Shown: one piece after another, positions 24,873-36,700 of the stretch
Numbering within the stretch: position 1 is the stretch's first letter
Layout: every line of letters begins with the position of its first letter
Assembly (NCBI GenBank): GCA_977030845.1
Contig: OZ365112.1
Span: 6,510,001 to 6,574,000 of the forward strand
From: Fimbriosthenelais zetlandica
Taxonomy: Eukaryota
Reading direction: 5' to 3'
DNA length: 64,000 nucleotides
The notes under the pieces: model-generated
Seen by the model: only the letters and a program-made list of their open reading frames with translations
What the model was told of the DNA's origin: nothing
The model's database searches: none
Position numbers and translations under genes: made by a program

Positions 24873-25460
24873 GGTGACGTCATCTACAGAAGGTGGCCCT
24901 CAGCCCAGGGTTCATAGAGAAGCAGTTAGCGGCGTGTCGTCGTCTCTGTCCGTTTATGTCCCTGCTATCTGTCTGATAGTGACAACGACAGGCCGACTTG
25001 GAGATGATGTTTAGGACACTACCATCCACCAAACTCACAACACTACTAGGTGGAACACCTGTATTAGATTTCACTTGATGGTTTTTATGTCTACCTGTCC
25101 TGTTCTTGTCGCTGTTGCTGTTGGGGTGATGATGATGGTTGCTGTTGTTGCTCTTGCTGCCCGATGTTGTGTCTGAGGATGTTGCTGTTGTTTCTTTTGT
25201 AGTTGCGACCCGTACCTGCATAGACTCGGAGAGGGTTAAGAGTCCAGCCATAGGATCTGAACCTGAGGCAATCCGAACTTGTCATGGGGCGGTGGATGTG
25301 TTGTGGATGATAAAAACGAGTGAATGTGTGGTGGGGGATATGTAGACAGGGAAGGTGGAGGGGTGTAGGTATAGTAGAAAGGTGGTTGTACTTTGGGGGG
25401 CTGGGACCTGGGACTTATTTACCCTGAAGTGGGAGCTACCGCCTTTTAGTGACTCGTATC
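24873..25460 (-). other. Putative long 5' leader with CAA/CAG/CAT-rich low-complexity tract and upstream ORFs
   Basis: Lies between the TATA box and the Kozak ATG. Contains ATG-initiated ORFs 25285-25091 (64 aa, poly-Q) and 25251-24880 (123 aa). A CAG|GTACGG donor at 25215 could define an alternative exon or a leader intron. Confidence 0.45.
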
Positions 25461-25484
25461 GCGCTAGTGCGGGATTCGTCTTTG

Positions 25485-25492
25485 TTTTTATA
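25485..25492 (-). promoter_or_regulatory. TATA box of the minus-strand gene
   Basis: Minus strand reads GGTTATAAAAACAAAG, followed about 30 nt later by a CpG-containing ..GCGATACGAGTCACT.. start-site-like region. Confidence 0.55.
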
Positions 25493-26775
25493 ACCAGATA
25501 TAAGCGGGGTTCAGTAGAGGAGAAAGTGGTTATTACAGAAGTTAGGGAATGGTGAGTTTTCTTATAATCATTTTTCTATGCATCCATTATTTTCTTTCTT
25601 TACAGAGCGGAATGAAGATCCATGGTGATCATTTCTGGCTAATCTTCAGACCAGAAAGAAAGGGATTATATTTAGGGTCTTCCCACAGCATGTCCTCCTC
25701 CGATATCATATTATCTTGGCTTAAGCACTTGCTCCTGGGGAATTCTGTATTTAAAATTAATCCTTCACTTATAATCCCCGGCTCTGGCTTTTACCCTCCG
25801 GTCGACTCAAAAATGCACACACAAGCTAAAACTACCGGCGATTGGAAGATGATATAGACCACAGGGAAAGAATCCTCGAATGGAAGATCTCTTGTCTATC
25901 GCCAACTTATGTTGAGGAGAAAAGTATTCATTATTCTACTGCCCAACACCAGCACAAGTGTCACTACTTGTAGATAGGTGTAGACTTGGGTTATATATAG
26001 GTACAGTGTCCATAATGTCTATGTCACAATCTTCAATGTTATTCTCCCGCGGGTATTATCATTGTGATCATATGTAGGTGGCGTGAATATGAAAAAATCT
26101 CCCTTAGTGAAGCTGGAGTGTTAGTGAAAGGAGCCAGATGGCAATTGTTGGTGAAATGGGCCAGGTCAAAGCCAATAGCCGTCAAGCTGACTCTTCCACG
26201 ACTCCTCCTTCCTCCATACACACCAGTGCTATTCTGTGGATTTGCCCGGCTATGCAGATTATTGGCAAGGATTTCTTCTATTCGAGATTTAAATCATCCA
26301 CGCTTTTGGATCTCAAATCTGAAAGATGAGGGAAGATAGAAATGGTGATTAGAGTCATGTCAATGTTAGGATGAGAACAGGAATGGACAGTAACCTTTTG
26401 GATACTCTGATTACTTCGAATGAAAGCTTGAAATGAGCGATATCATGAAAAGTAAAGATGATACAGATCTATGACTGCACTTAAATTTCCTGATTGTTTT
26501 CAACTTCTATGGATATGTACAAGAATTAATAGACACCTTTGACTTAAACTTTTTCCCATACAATACCGTACTATTACACAATAGAATAATTGAATATTAT
26601 ATAAATAGAAAATTCTATACATTGGAAAATATAGTATATCTAAATATAGAAAACCATACGGCATTTCCAGATAAATCCAATTAATTCAATTCCCAAGGAG
26701 TTAAATCTAAATGCAGTATTTTAAAGGTCAATGCATTGCGAGTTTTTTTCTCCCATGAGAAACAGAATAATACTG

Positions 26776-27227
26776 ATTTAAGATGCACTAAAATCAGTGC
26801 ATGAAAACGTGTGCATGACGAGTGAGTACAACGAATGCATCATCAGGCAGGGGCCCGTCTTACTGAGACAAGGTTGTCAGTGAAACGGAGAGAAAGAAAC
26901 AAAAAACAAGGACCAGAGCTCGTGATCTCATGGGGATCAGTACGAAATTAAATTTCATGATTCGCCGATTCGTTTCTCTCAATTGCCCTCCTCTCATTAG
27001 GATTATTGGATTGAATTAATTTTGATTCGAATTAGACCCGGGACTAGTAGGATTACTTCAAAGGAACTGGGTGTGTATTTGATGTTAATAATAGATGACA
27101 AGTGTTGCGTCTTCATTAGACAAACATGCCAATGGGGAAGGGTGTATAATGCATTCAGGCACTCTTGTATAATTTACTGGAATCCAGCAAACTGTGATTG
27201 AGGAGGTATGATGAGTCGATTGACTGG
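26776..27227 (+). repeat. Block A1 (452 bp), direct repeat of A2
   Basis: ATTTAAGATGCACTAAAATC...GTCGATTGACTGG recurs at offset +2253 with no mismatch found by eye. Confidence 0.97.
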
Positions 27228-28158
27228 CCCCAGGGTCAGCCAAAAATTGACTGCAATATTTTTTTAGTCTGTAGAAGAATAATGTTAAAAATGATATTTT
27301 CAATTGGCGAGTGAATAAATCATGGTACAATGAATGGAGAAATGGATGGAGTACCAGCGTATGAATCCCCAGAAGGTAATGGCGACCGTGAGCAATTAAA
27401 ATAGAGCAATTGGATTAGAAGCCACAGACTGGGTCAATTGCTGGAGGAAGGGCAAACAAAAACACTGCCTCACAATCTGTTTGCACGTCCATTGATCTGT
27501 CTATTTATCGAGTCACTGCCTAACACTACTAACAGGCAAAGGGTGTGGAAGGGGTTTGTATGATTACAATAGAACTGGGTTCTTTTCAGGAAAAATTAGT
27601 CAGATTTGCAAGGACAACACTGCTTCTTTTATATTGAAGATACACATATTTCAAGGTCCTGATATATTTGCAAATGAACAATTTCGATTATTGGTTTCGG
27701 GACTACCCAAAGACCAAGAAGCAAAAGGAAAAACATATATCTTTCCAGTGATTGTAATCGATTGCCAACTCATAGAAAAATCCGTTTTGTGTAGTGGGAG
27801 CTTTGAACAGGGAGATATGTCCATCAGATAGGACATTTCGCATGCCAGGGCAGCTCCAATGCTTGTCTTTGGAAGGAGAGGGAGGCCCTGCCATCGTCCT
27901 ATCACCAGCCTTGCAATCTGGCCTGGCAGAGGCTAATGTCAATCGCAGGCTCCCCTCCTCATCTCCCTCATGCACCCAGCCATAAAACTTTCAGGGCCAT
28001 CTTTTGCAAGCCTTTAGGGATCGGGCGCCAAAGATTCAACAGTGCCGCGGCATAGCGGGGTACATTAGTGATTTATCTTCTGTAGGCATGGCTGTGGTGG
28101 CCGGGCTTACTTCTACATAGCAACGCATGATGAGAATATGAGGGTTTAGGATGCTTGA

Positions 28159-28185
28159 GGGGGTTGGGGGGTAGGGGGTAGGGGG
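28159..28185 (+). other. Canonical G-quadruplex motif G5-TT-G6-TA-G5-TA-G5
   Basis: Four G-runs of at least 5 nt with 2-nt loops, read directly from the sequence. Confidence 0.8.
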
Positions 28186-28518
28186 TAGGTGTGTATATAT
28201 AGGTAGGGTGATTTAGATGTGGGATAGGTAAGGATAGGGGTATACAGATAGATTTTTTTGCGGGAACAGCTTCGTTATAATGCAAATTACAGCAGTGATT
28301 TATTAGAAGGAAGGGAAAGTAATCATGAAAAGAAGGGTTAAAAAGTTACACTGCATGGTATTCAGGGAGTCATTATGGTGAAAAGGTGAGATCTTGGAGG
28401 GTACGGCAGCTTAGGAAGCAAATGGTTAAACAGGGATATATTATGGAAGAGGATACATTGCCGGGATAATGGAGAAATAGTGAGATAAGATGGGATGGAC
28501 AATGATAGAAGACAAGGC

Positions 28519-29016
28519 CACGAATATATTTTAATCAAGGGATGGCATTCTGACACTGATGGACAGAGGCGATATGTGGCCTATTATTGGAAGAGCAATA
28601 ATGCAAAAGCATGGTCCTCGCAATAACGCAATAACTGTTACTTTTCATTCACTTGTCCGATTTGATACAACACTTTTGCCATCCTCCATTTTGTCAGTAC
28701 CTCCGGGGAAATATCCCTGATTGGTATTCATGATGTCCTGCTTGCCAATGTCAGTATTAAAGAGGCAATTTATAATTGTAAGCTTTAGCAGTAGACATGA
28801 TCGGTGGACCTATCTGGATGATGCAAAGCCTCTATATTGAAATGGGAAACGGATGTGATTTACAATGACAAACTTGTCCCATAGGAAGCATGGCAAGTGA
28901 AGAGGGAGTGGCTAGTGGCAGGTTTAGTCCCCTTTCTCTCTAGGTGGGCATCCCTTTAGACTAACTCAGACATGCAATGACACACTTTAGTACAGGAAGA
29001 ATACCCTAGAATTACT
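28519..29016 (+). repeat. Block B1 (498 bp), direct repeat of B2
   Basis: CACGAATATATTTTAATC...CCCTAGAATTACT recurs at offset +963 with no mismatch found by eye. Confidence 0.97.
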
Positions 29017-29028
29017 AGGATTACTAGA

Positions 29029-29480
29029 ATTTAAGATGCACTAAAATCAGTGCATGAAAACGTGTGCATGACGAGTGAGTACAACGAATGCATCATCAGG
29101 CAGGGGCCCGTCTTACTGAGACAAGGTTGTCAGTGAAACGGAGAGAAAGAAACAAAAAACAAGGACCAGAGCTCGTGATCTCATGGGGATCAGTACGAAA
29201 TTAAATTTCATGATTCGCCGATTCGTTTCTCTCAATTGCCCTCCTCTCATTAGGATTATTGGATTGAATTAATTTTGATTCGAATTAGACCCGGGACTAG
29301 TAGGATTACTTCAAAGGAACTGGGTGTGTATTTGATGTTAATAATAGATGACAAGTGTTGCGTCTTCATTAGACAAACATGCCAATGGGGAAGGGTGTAT
29401 AATGCATTCAGGCACTCTTGTATAATTTACTGGAATCCAGCAAACTGTGATTGAGGAGGTATGATGAGTCGATTGACTGG
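29029..29480 (+). repeat. Block A2 (copy of 26776-27227)
   Basis: Matches A1. Joined to B1 by a 12-bp insert AGGATTACTAGA and to B2 by a single A. Confidence 0.97.
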
Positions 29481-29481
29481 A

Positions 29482-29979
29482 CACGAATATATTTTAATCA
29501 AGGGATGGCATTCTGACACTGATGGACAGAGGCGATATGTGGCCTATTATTGGAAGAGCAATAATGCAAAAGCATGGTCCTCGCAATAACGCAATAACTG
29601 TTACTTTTCATTCACTTGTCCGATTTGATACAACACTTTTGCCATCCTCCATTTTGTCAGTACCTCCGGGGAAATATCCCTGATTGGTATTCATGATGTC
29701 CTGCTTGCCAATGTCAGTATTAAAGAGGCAATTTATAATTGTAAGCTTTAGCAGTAGACATGATCGGTGGACCTATCTGGATGATGCAAAGCCTCTATAT
29801 TGAAATGGGAAACGGATGTGATTTACAATGACAAACTTGTCCCATAGGAAGCATGGCAAGTGAAGAGGGAGTGGCTAGTGGCAGGTTTAGTCCCCTTTCT
29901 CTCTAGGTGGGCATCCCTTTAGACTAACTCAGACATGCAATGACACACTTTAGTACAGGAAGAATACCCTAGAATTACT
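29482..29979 (+). repeat. Block B2 (copy of 28519-29016)
   Basis: Matches B1 and ends ...AGAATTACT|G. Confidence 0.97.
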
Positions 29980-32900
29980 GTCGCATGCTCTTACACACCT
30001 GGCCGGGCCCGGGGGATTCAATCCCGGCCATTGCTACCTTCCTCCCCACTTCCACCAGTTATCATGTATACAAAATGTCAAAGGTATGTTTCATCGTAGA
30101 GACATGGTTTTCACCTCAAACCAGTCGATTGTCGATCGATCTTTCCTCTCCCCGACCACCCCTTCCTCCCTCCCGTCCCCGAGACAGCTGGGAAGTCAAC
30201 GAGAAGTGCTTTGCAAACTAAATAAGTTCCGCCCATATTATTAAAGTCCAACTATACCCAGGTGTTTTCAGGCAGCGCTTTGGTAAGCTCGACCTGGTAA
30301 GCTTTCTGTGACGATTAGAGGCTTTAAAACTCAGGTGGTAATGATGAGAGGATGAGGGATGACACTGACTTAGTGCTGGGATAGTCACAAAGCTAGAGAT
30401 GTTAATAACACACACCACACCTCACTAGTCTTATTTATCAGGCCACATCTAAGAAGTACTCCAAGGCCCAGCCCTCTGCAATAATTAACACACCTAAGGT
30501 CTCATAATTTGCTATGGGATACAAGCTTAATCGATTCCCTAATTACTTCTAATGATCTGCCTGACAGCCTGTTATCTTTCCACGGCGCCTGCAAGTGTGA
30601 TTGGCATAGGACAACAATGGGAGTTAGGAACAGCATTGCATATTTGCTCATCCCGTCACTGGGAAAGGGTAGGAGGGGGATAGATGGATGGCTTGAGAGA
30701 GTATGGCCGGAATCAAACTGCGATAGAAGATAAATACAAACCCTCTCCATCATGGCATATCAAGTTGTCGTTGTAAATGCTCAGTCATTCAGTTTAGCAT
30801 GTACATGCACACAAAGCTTTCTCTTTCTTCCTTCCTCCCGTCTCGGCCTTCAGCCTCCCGGCCCCACACACACTGAACTCAGTTCAAAATGCGCTGGCAG
30901 CAATGCTATCAACTCCTTATGTTTCAAATCCACTTTTCAATAACAGACCTTGTTGGGTTTCCTGTTGATGCCTCAGTAATCAAGTGGAACAACCGAGGAA
31001 CAAGGAGATGATGAATGGGTCCTTTTTCTCTCTGGCCAACAATCCGATCTTTGAAAAAGGCTAGTTGATGGTGGCTTTTTCCAGAAGGATGGATACAACT
31101 TTTTGCCACGTTGTTGTTGCCTGCGGTCTAATGGAGTTGTACTAGGAAAGCATCAGCCTAGGTGGTGGACGGGCCCAGGACCCCAGTCCGACTTAACATG
31201 AAGAAGCATGTGAGAGAATCACCTAGTAACACAATGCCTTCATCCTCAATGTTTCCATTGTTATAATAACATATATCTACCCCCTGGGGAGGTGAAAACC
31301 TCAACATGATTCCTAATTAATAAGCCAGGGATATAATATACAAGTCCACGCGGTTATATTGTATTGTCCCACAACTTAATCCATTGGGAGGCGAGAAAAG
31401 CCTACCTGACAGGTAGGTATAGCTGTCCTTTTGCTTCTCTGCATCTCTCCGCATCATCGACACTGCAATCATCACCCACATCCAGTCAGGCCGGTGAGCG
31501 GCAAGCCACTGCTAACAACAAGGGCCACCGTGCCGGGGCGCTCTGAGCAACTCACTGAGCACTCCATCCAGGCATCCTCTCTCTCCAATCACTCACCTCT
31601 CTTCATGCTTTCTCTATCTCATTCTCTCACTGCATCTTCTTCTATACCTTCCGCTTCAGCAGCCTTTGTTCTGCATGCTTCTTTCTTTAGATGAAGCTTA
31701 CAGGTGGTCGCTATAACATGAGTGAGTGAGAATGAGGGGGGGTATGGCGTCTAGGCACTAGGACTATACTACAAGAGTGGACAGGTTTTCGGGTTCATGG
31801 AGCACTGCTGCCTCCACGTGTTGTAATGTTGACTGATGGTGAAGCAATGATGGGTCTACCCCTCCTCCTCCCCATCCACCTCCCTCAGCATCATCAAACT
31901 AGGCACATTTAGCAAGTATTACACAGTATTGCTACAACAGCAATACGACAGGCAGCAATATGTATGGAAAGGTCTAAATTTTCCATGTAAGCCTTATAAG
32001 CTTTGAGGTGTTCTTCGGACCTTTCCATATAAACTCTTCAATGGTCATTTGATGCTGTGAATTCACAGTCAGTTAGTTGACTTGTTCTTTTGCTTCTGCT
32101 AGGATACGACTGACCAGTCCTCAAGGGGACAGGGAGGGAGAAGGCAATGTAATACTCAACATGTCATTCTTCAGATCTTTCTATCAGATTAAACAGAAGA
32201 TGTCATATTTGGGGCTCAAGGAAGATAGGGATTTGTCTCAAGGGTCAATGGTATTTGGAGTTGAAGAATATGGGGCATAGTCGCTACAAGCATGCACCTC
32301 GTAAGATGATTTTGTTGGCTGACAAGGAAGTTCAATGGCTGGAACCGAGTGCTACGAGTTGAGGAGGCGGAAAGGAGGTGACTGCAGAGGTGGAGAGGAG
32401 AGAGGGAGGAAGAGAAGGTGAGAGAGAATGGGATGAAGCTGCGTGGGGTCTGACACTACATGTCAATAATGAGCTGATATTATGAGACGCCTTATCAAGA
32501 TTTAGGACAGTAAAAAGGTGAGGACTCGGGAGGAGAGGTGATGGAGGAAGAAGAAAATACATAGAAAGATGGGTAGATAGATGAAATGGAAATGTAGAGA
32601 TTGGGTAGACTATCAGTAAAATAAATGGGTATACCTGGAAAAATGGATTAAAAGAATGATAGAGAAATACAGGGGGATGGAGATGAACAGTAGGGTCAAT
32701 ATCAGGGGCGTTGAATGATCAGGTAGAAAGATTAGAGCAACCAGTGACACCAGCCAGCAAGCCTGGATGAAAAGCATCAAGAGTGTCAACAACATCAGCA
32801 GTGAATAAAAAATAGGGCGATGCATCTTTTACTTGATGTTCAGAGCAGCTTTCTGTCAGCGGGCGAGTAGCTCGACATTGATCTTAAGCTGAGCAAGGAG

Positions 32901-33632
32901 AGCAGCTCAAGTAATGAGCGGGCCCCACTGTCTCTGGAGTGCCCTCAGCCAGGCCCCCACAACAAGGCTGGACATGCTACCAGCCAAGTCCCGGATCAGT
33001 CATCTTCAGGCTGTCTCATTTATTGACTTCCCCATACTAGTGTGGCCCTAAATGCCCAAAGCTCCCAAGGAAAGCTCCATCTAATTGAATGGCTGGTAAT
33101 GTAAAGAAGCACGCTACAAATTTTACACACTTACAAATGGAGGAGACCTACATATAGACGACCTCAATAGTGACAGCTAATAATCCTTTGTTTTTCATTA
33201 AATTGACCCCAAATGAATCATACTAATGAAAAACACATAATAAAATTAATGTATTGTGTTGGGCATTATTTGATTTGACGTACATGTAGGATTCTGCAGC
33301 CCCGACTCGTCGACCCATGACCCTGTTCTCACGCCTAATCCCCTGTTTGTTTGCATGTAGTTGGGGTAAGTAAAGAATTTGGGCTAATTACAATTAACCC
33401 AGTTACTACCTACTGGGAGGGAAGACTCGGGGAATGAGGGCCATTTTCAGACGAAAGCTCCCTGGAATGGCAGGAGGTGATGGTCAATTACGCTGGGACA
33501 ATAGGGTGAAGTTGGCGGGGATCCCCCTCCAGCCTGTCCTCATCGAATAAGCGAATTCAGCAATAAACATCCCCTTGCCTTATCTCAGCCAAGATATTCC
33601 ATGTTACTATGTTAAACCATAGGAAACACGAC

Positions 33633-33701
33633 CCATTTCTACAAAAACAGATGATCCATTTCTACTGAACGGAGGATCTATTCCTAAGGAACGGAGGATC
33701 C
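33633..33701. repeat. Three degenerate 22-23-bp tandem units
   Basis: ccatttctacaaaaacagatgat / ccatttctactgaacggaggat / ctattcctaaggaacggaggat. Confidence 0.7.
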
Positions 33702-36700
33702 GGAAGTCATGTAGACTATAGTATTATCCACATAGATGTTTTCAAGAAATTCTGAGAGCTTTGATGAAGTCCTTACAAGGAAGTTAGAGGGGATTATAAA
33801 GGCTCGACTAACACCTTGAGGTACCCTCAAAATGTGGTTATTTGCTACTCCAATGTTCACAGGTGGTATGGCACCTTGGTCTTCTAGACCTCACCTCTGT
33901 CTACAGCATCCTAGGAGATGGCGCCTCTTCTCCTAGCTATGCATTCCCCAGTCAATCGGAGTGACCCTGACCTATTCTCCTTATGATCCCAATGGCATGC
34001 CTTCTAGGACTAGTCCTCACAAACTTGGTTAGGCGTTACATGGCCCAAAATACACCCGGAAAATAACTCGCAAAGGAACATTTAACAGAAATTCGCATAG
34101 GGGCATTCATTCCAGTTCTTTTTTGTTCATTAGAATGTAATTAAACCTAAACATATATATATATTCATTTGACTTGCAACCACATGAAGGATATGAACTA
34201 ATTCAGAATCGCGTAATTAAGAAATCACCAGAAAAAAATAATACATTGTGATAAAGATCTAACAAAACGAGAAAAATGAATTCATAATTAGGACAAATCA
34301 AATTCCTTATCTGTAATTTTCCATTGCTTTGTCTGGGGAGACAAAGATAGGTATCAGACTTCTGGGAGGCCAGCCCTGAGACAGGCGACGCCAAGGAAAA
34401 TAGTCTTTCCAAACAAAAACTTTTTCCAATAATCCATTTTTTCGGGTAAATCGAACATCACTTTCCCCTAATTGAATGAGTAATTATTCCAGGATTTAGA
34501 TGGATACGATACTACAAATTATGACTTTTTGAACTTGTGACAAATTCACAATGAGTATATCGTATTTCGTATTGACCACTTTAAAAATCTGCTTAGACAA
34601 GCTTTACCCCATATTGATTCCCTATAATAAAACCTTCAAATGATGTGGAAAACGGGTTGAACATGTCAGGGGTGGTGTTACTATGTAAACACAATTTACT
34701 CGCCTTGGCTCCGAGCTATAGAGCCAGCACTCAGTCAATCAGTGGACTTCACTCAATCAGCTCTCACCTGCAGAGAGCACACATACATGCGTGCATCTAT
34801 AACACAAAGGTGTGCCAGGGGTAGTCGGTGAGTGTGTGAGCAAATGAAAGTATCGCAGCATGAGGTTTAACATGCGAGTGGTCCCTGTTGGGCCAACAGA
34901 GCTGAGATTGTCAGGTGAAAATCTTTCATCTGGTCTCAGGCGAAAACTGCTAATTTAAAATGAATTCCACTCAGGCTTTGTGAATGCCATGCCATGGAAA
35001 CTAGTAATGGGCAAATTCTTGCATTTATGCCTCACTGTTGATTCTAACTGCAGAGCTGCTTTGATTCGGAATATATCATTGTATATAGCTTCTGCATACC
35101 ATATGGCTGCATCTTCAAAATGTTATGCATGGCATTGCATAATTTAGTATCTTTTGTGCAGATTACAATTAATTTTTTAATTACAAAAGTCGCAGTAATG
35201 CAGGAACTGGTTGATATTTTTTTTTATAGTTTTTATAACACTTTTATTAACCATTCCTCCATTTCGGAGTATTTTCAGGTGGTTATAGAGTTGTCATGCA
35301 GATTTTCTGCCAGATTTCTTTCCAAACATATCACTCTTATAATAGAACAATTAGAGTAATGAGAAGAGTGACCATGTGAGAGGTGAATGAGACAGTTTAT
35401 ATGTCAGTCAGCAATAGTAGACAATGGGAGTTAATCATGGATTAAGGTGATAAGGGCCAGATGCCAACACCCACACACATTGTTCACATTCAGTGAACAC
35501 TATATTCCTACATCAGCAGCAGGCAAATATTACCTTAACCCCTGGTCTTTGGAATAGGCAGCCGAGGCAGTCTATTTAACCAGTGAATTCATAAATCTCA
35601 CATTCACCATTATATTCTATATAATAGACACCCACACTGTTTTATTATTAAGAAGGATCCTCCTTCAGTCATTAAAAATCAAGCCTTGTCATATAGTCTC
35701 TTACTTTTTGACACAGGTCTTTCATTGCTATAAGATTCCCCATCTACAAAGAGATCTTTTATGTAATTCCCTTTGATAATCTGAGAAATGATTCATCTTC
35801 CATTTAATTAGTCTCCAGCCACTTTAGACAAGCCTTGTTTTTCACCGGCCAGATCCTTGTTTTCCACCTCTTTATTGTATCCTTCCGCGGAGTGCATATT
35901 CCCTGCCTACCCTTCATTCAAACAAGTATTGGCTGTGCGTTTCCGGTTCCGGCGCCCCAGGCCTGCTCATTGACCACTCGGCCAGTTAGGATGGATATCT
36001 AATTCTGCCTGCAGTTCAGCCAGCCTGCATATCCCATTCTCAACAAGGGGGATAGCTGGGGGACACTCGGCTATTTTGTTCAAGTATACAAGTACAAAGA
36101 CATCTTCCCAACTACAGGTCAAATTCTCCCAATATTGGAACAATCTCAAGTTCCTTTTCCTTTCCACTTATCCAATCTCATATTTCAATAGAATCCTTAC
36201 TTCCTCCGCCATCAGCCTTTGGCATGTCAAGGCCGAGCAATTACAACACATTGGGCGTTTTCAATTATCTTGAAATGGGAATTTAATTTCAAGATGGCTA
36301 TAGTTTAGTGGGGGAGGACAGGGAGAGGAAGTGTCCCCACACTCTGCCTCAGTCAGTCGTTATCCATCCAGCCCCAACGTCATGACGATTGAATTTAGGC
36401 CTCAAGATTGAAAATCAGGGAACAATCTTACCAAGGTTTGCCTCCCCGCTTCCCCGGCTAAACTAGCCTGCACAGATGGCCTAATAGGCAGAATGGCCAT
36501 TACTCAATGTAATAGAGAAAGTCCCTGTATCTTGCACTGGAGGAATTTGCCTTCTAATTATTTGCATTCGCCGGCAATAAACAGACTTATTGGAGGCCAA
36601 TTTATCGGCCGTGAATGGTGGTAAGTGAGTGCGTACAGCTTCATATTCTACCAGTGAAAGCGATAATAATAACGGAGATGGAGGGCTGGCTTTTTTCTAA

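Noticed and set aside
30001-30060. HDV-like ribozyme starting GGCCGGG
   Set aside because: Only 15 nt lie between the P1 strands, too few for P2/P3/L3.
32476-32719. FTVLNLDKASHNI and SFNAPDID as LINE RT and endonuclease motifs
   Set aside because: The motifs are weak and only about 200 nt apart, far closer than in an intact ORF2. The pyrimidine-rich tract may be LINE debris but cannot be confirmed by eye.
33094-33110. miR-1-like TGGTAATGTAAAGAAG
   Set aside because: An extra T breaks the seed and there is no complementary 5' arm.
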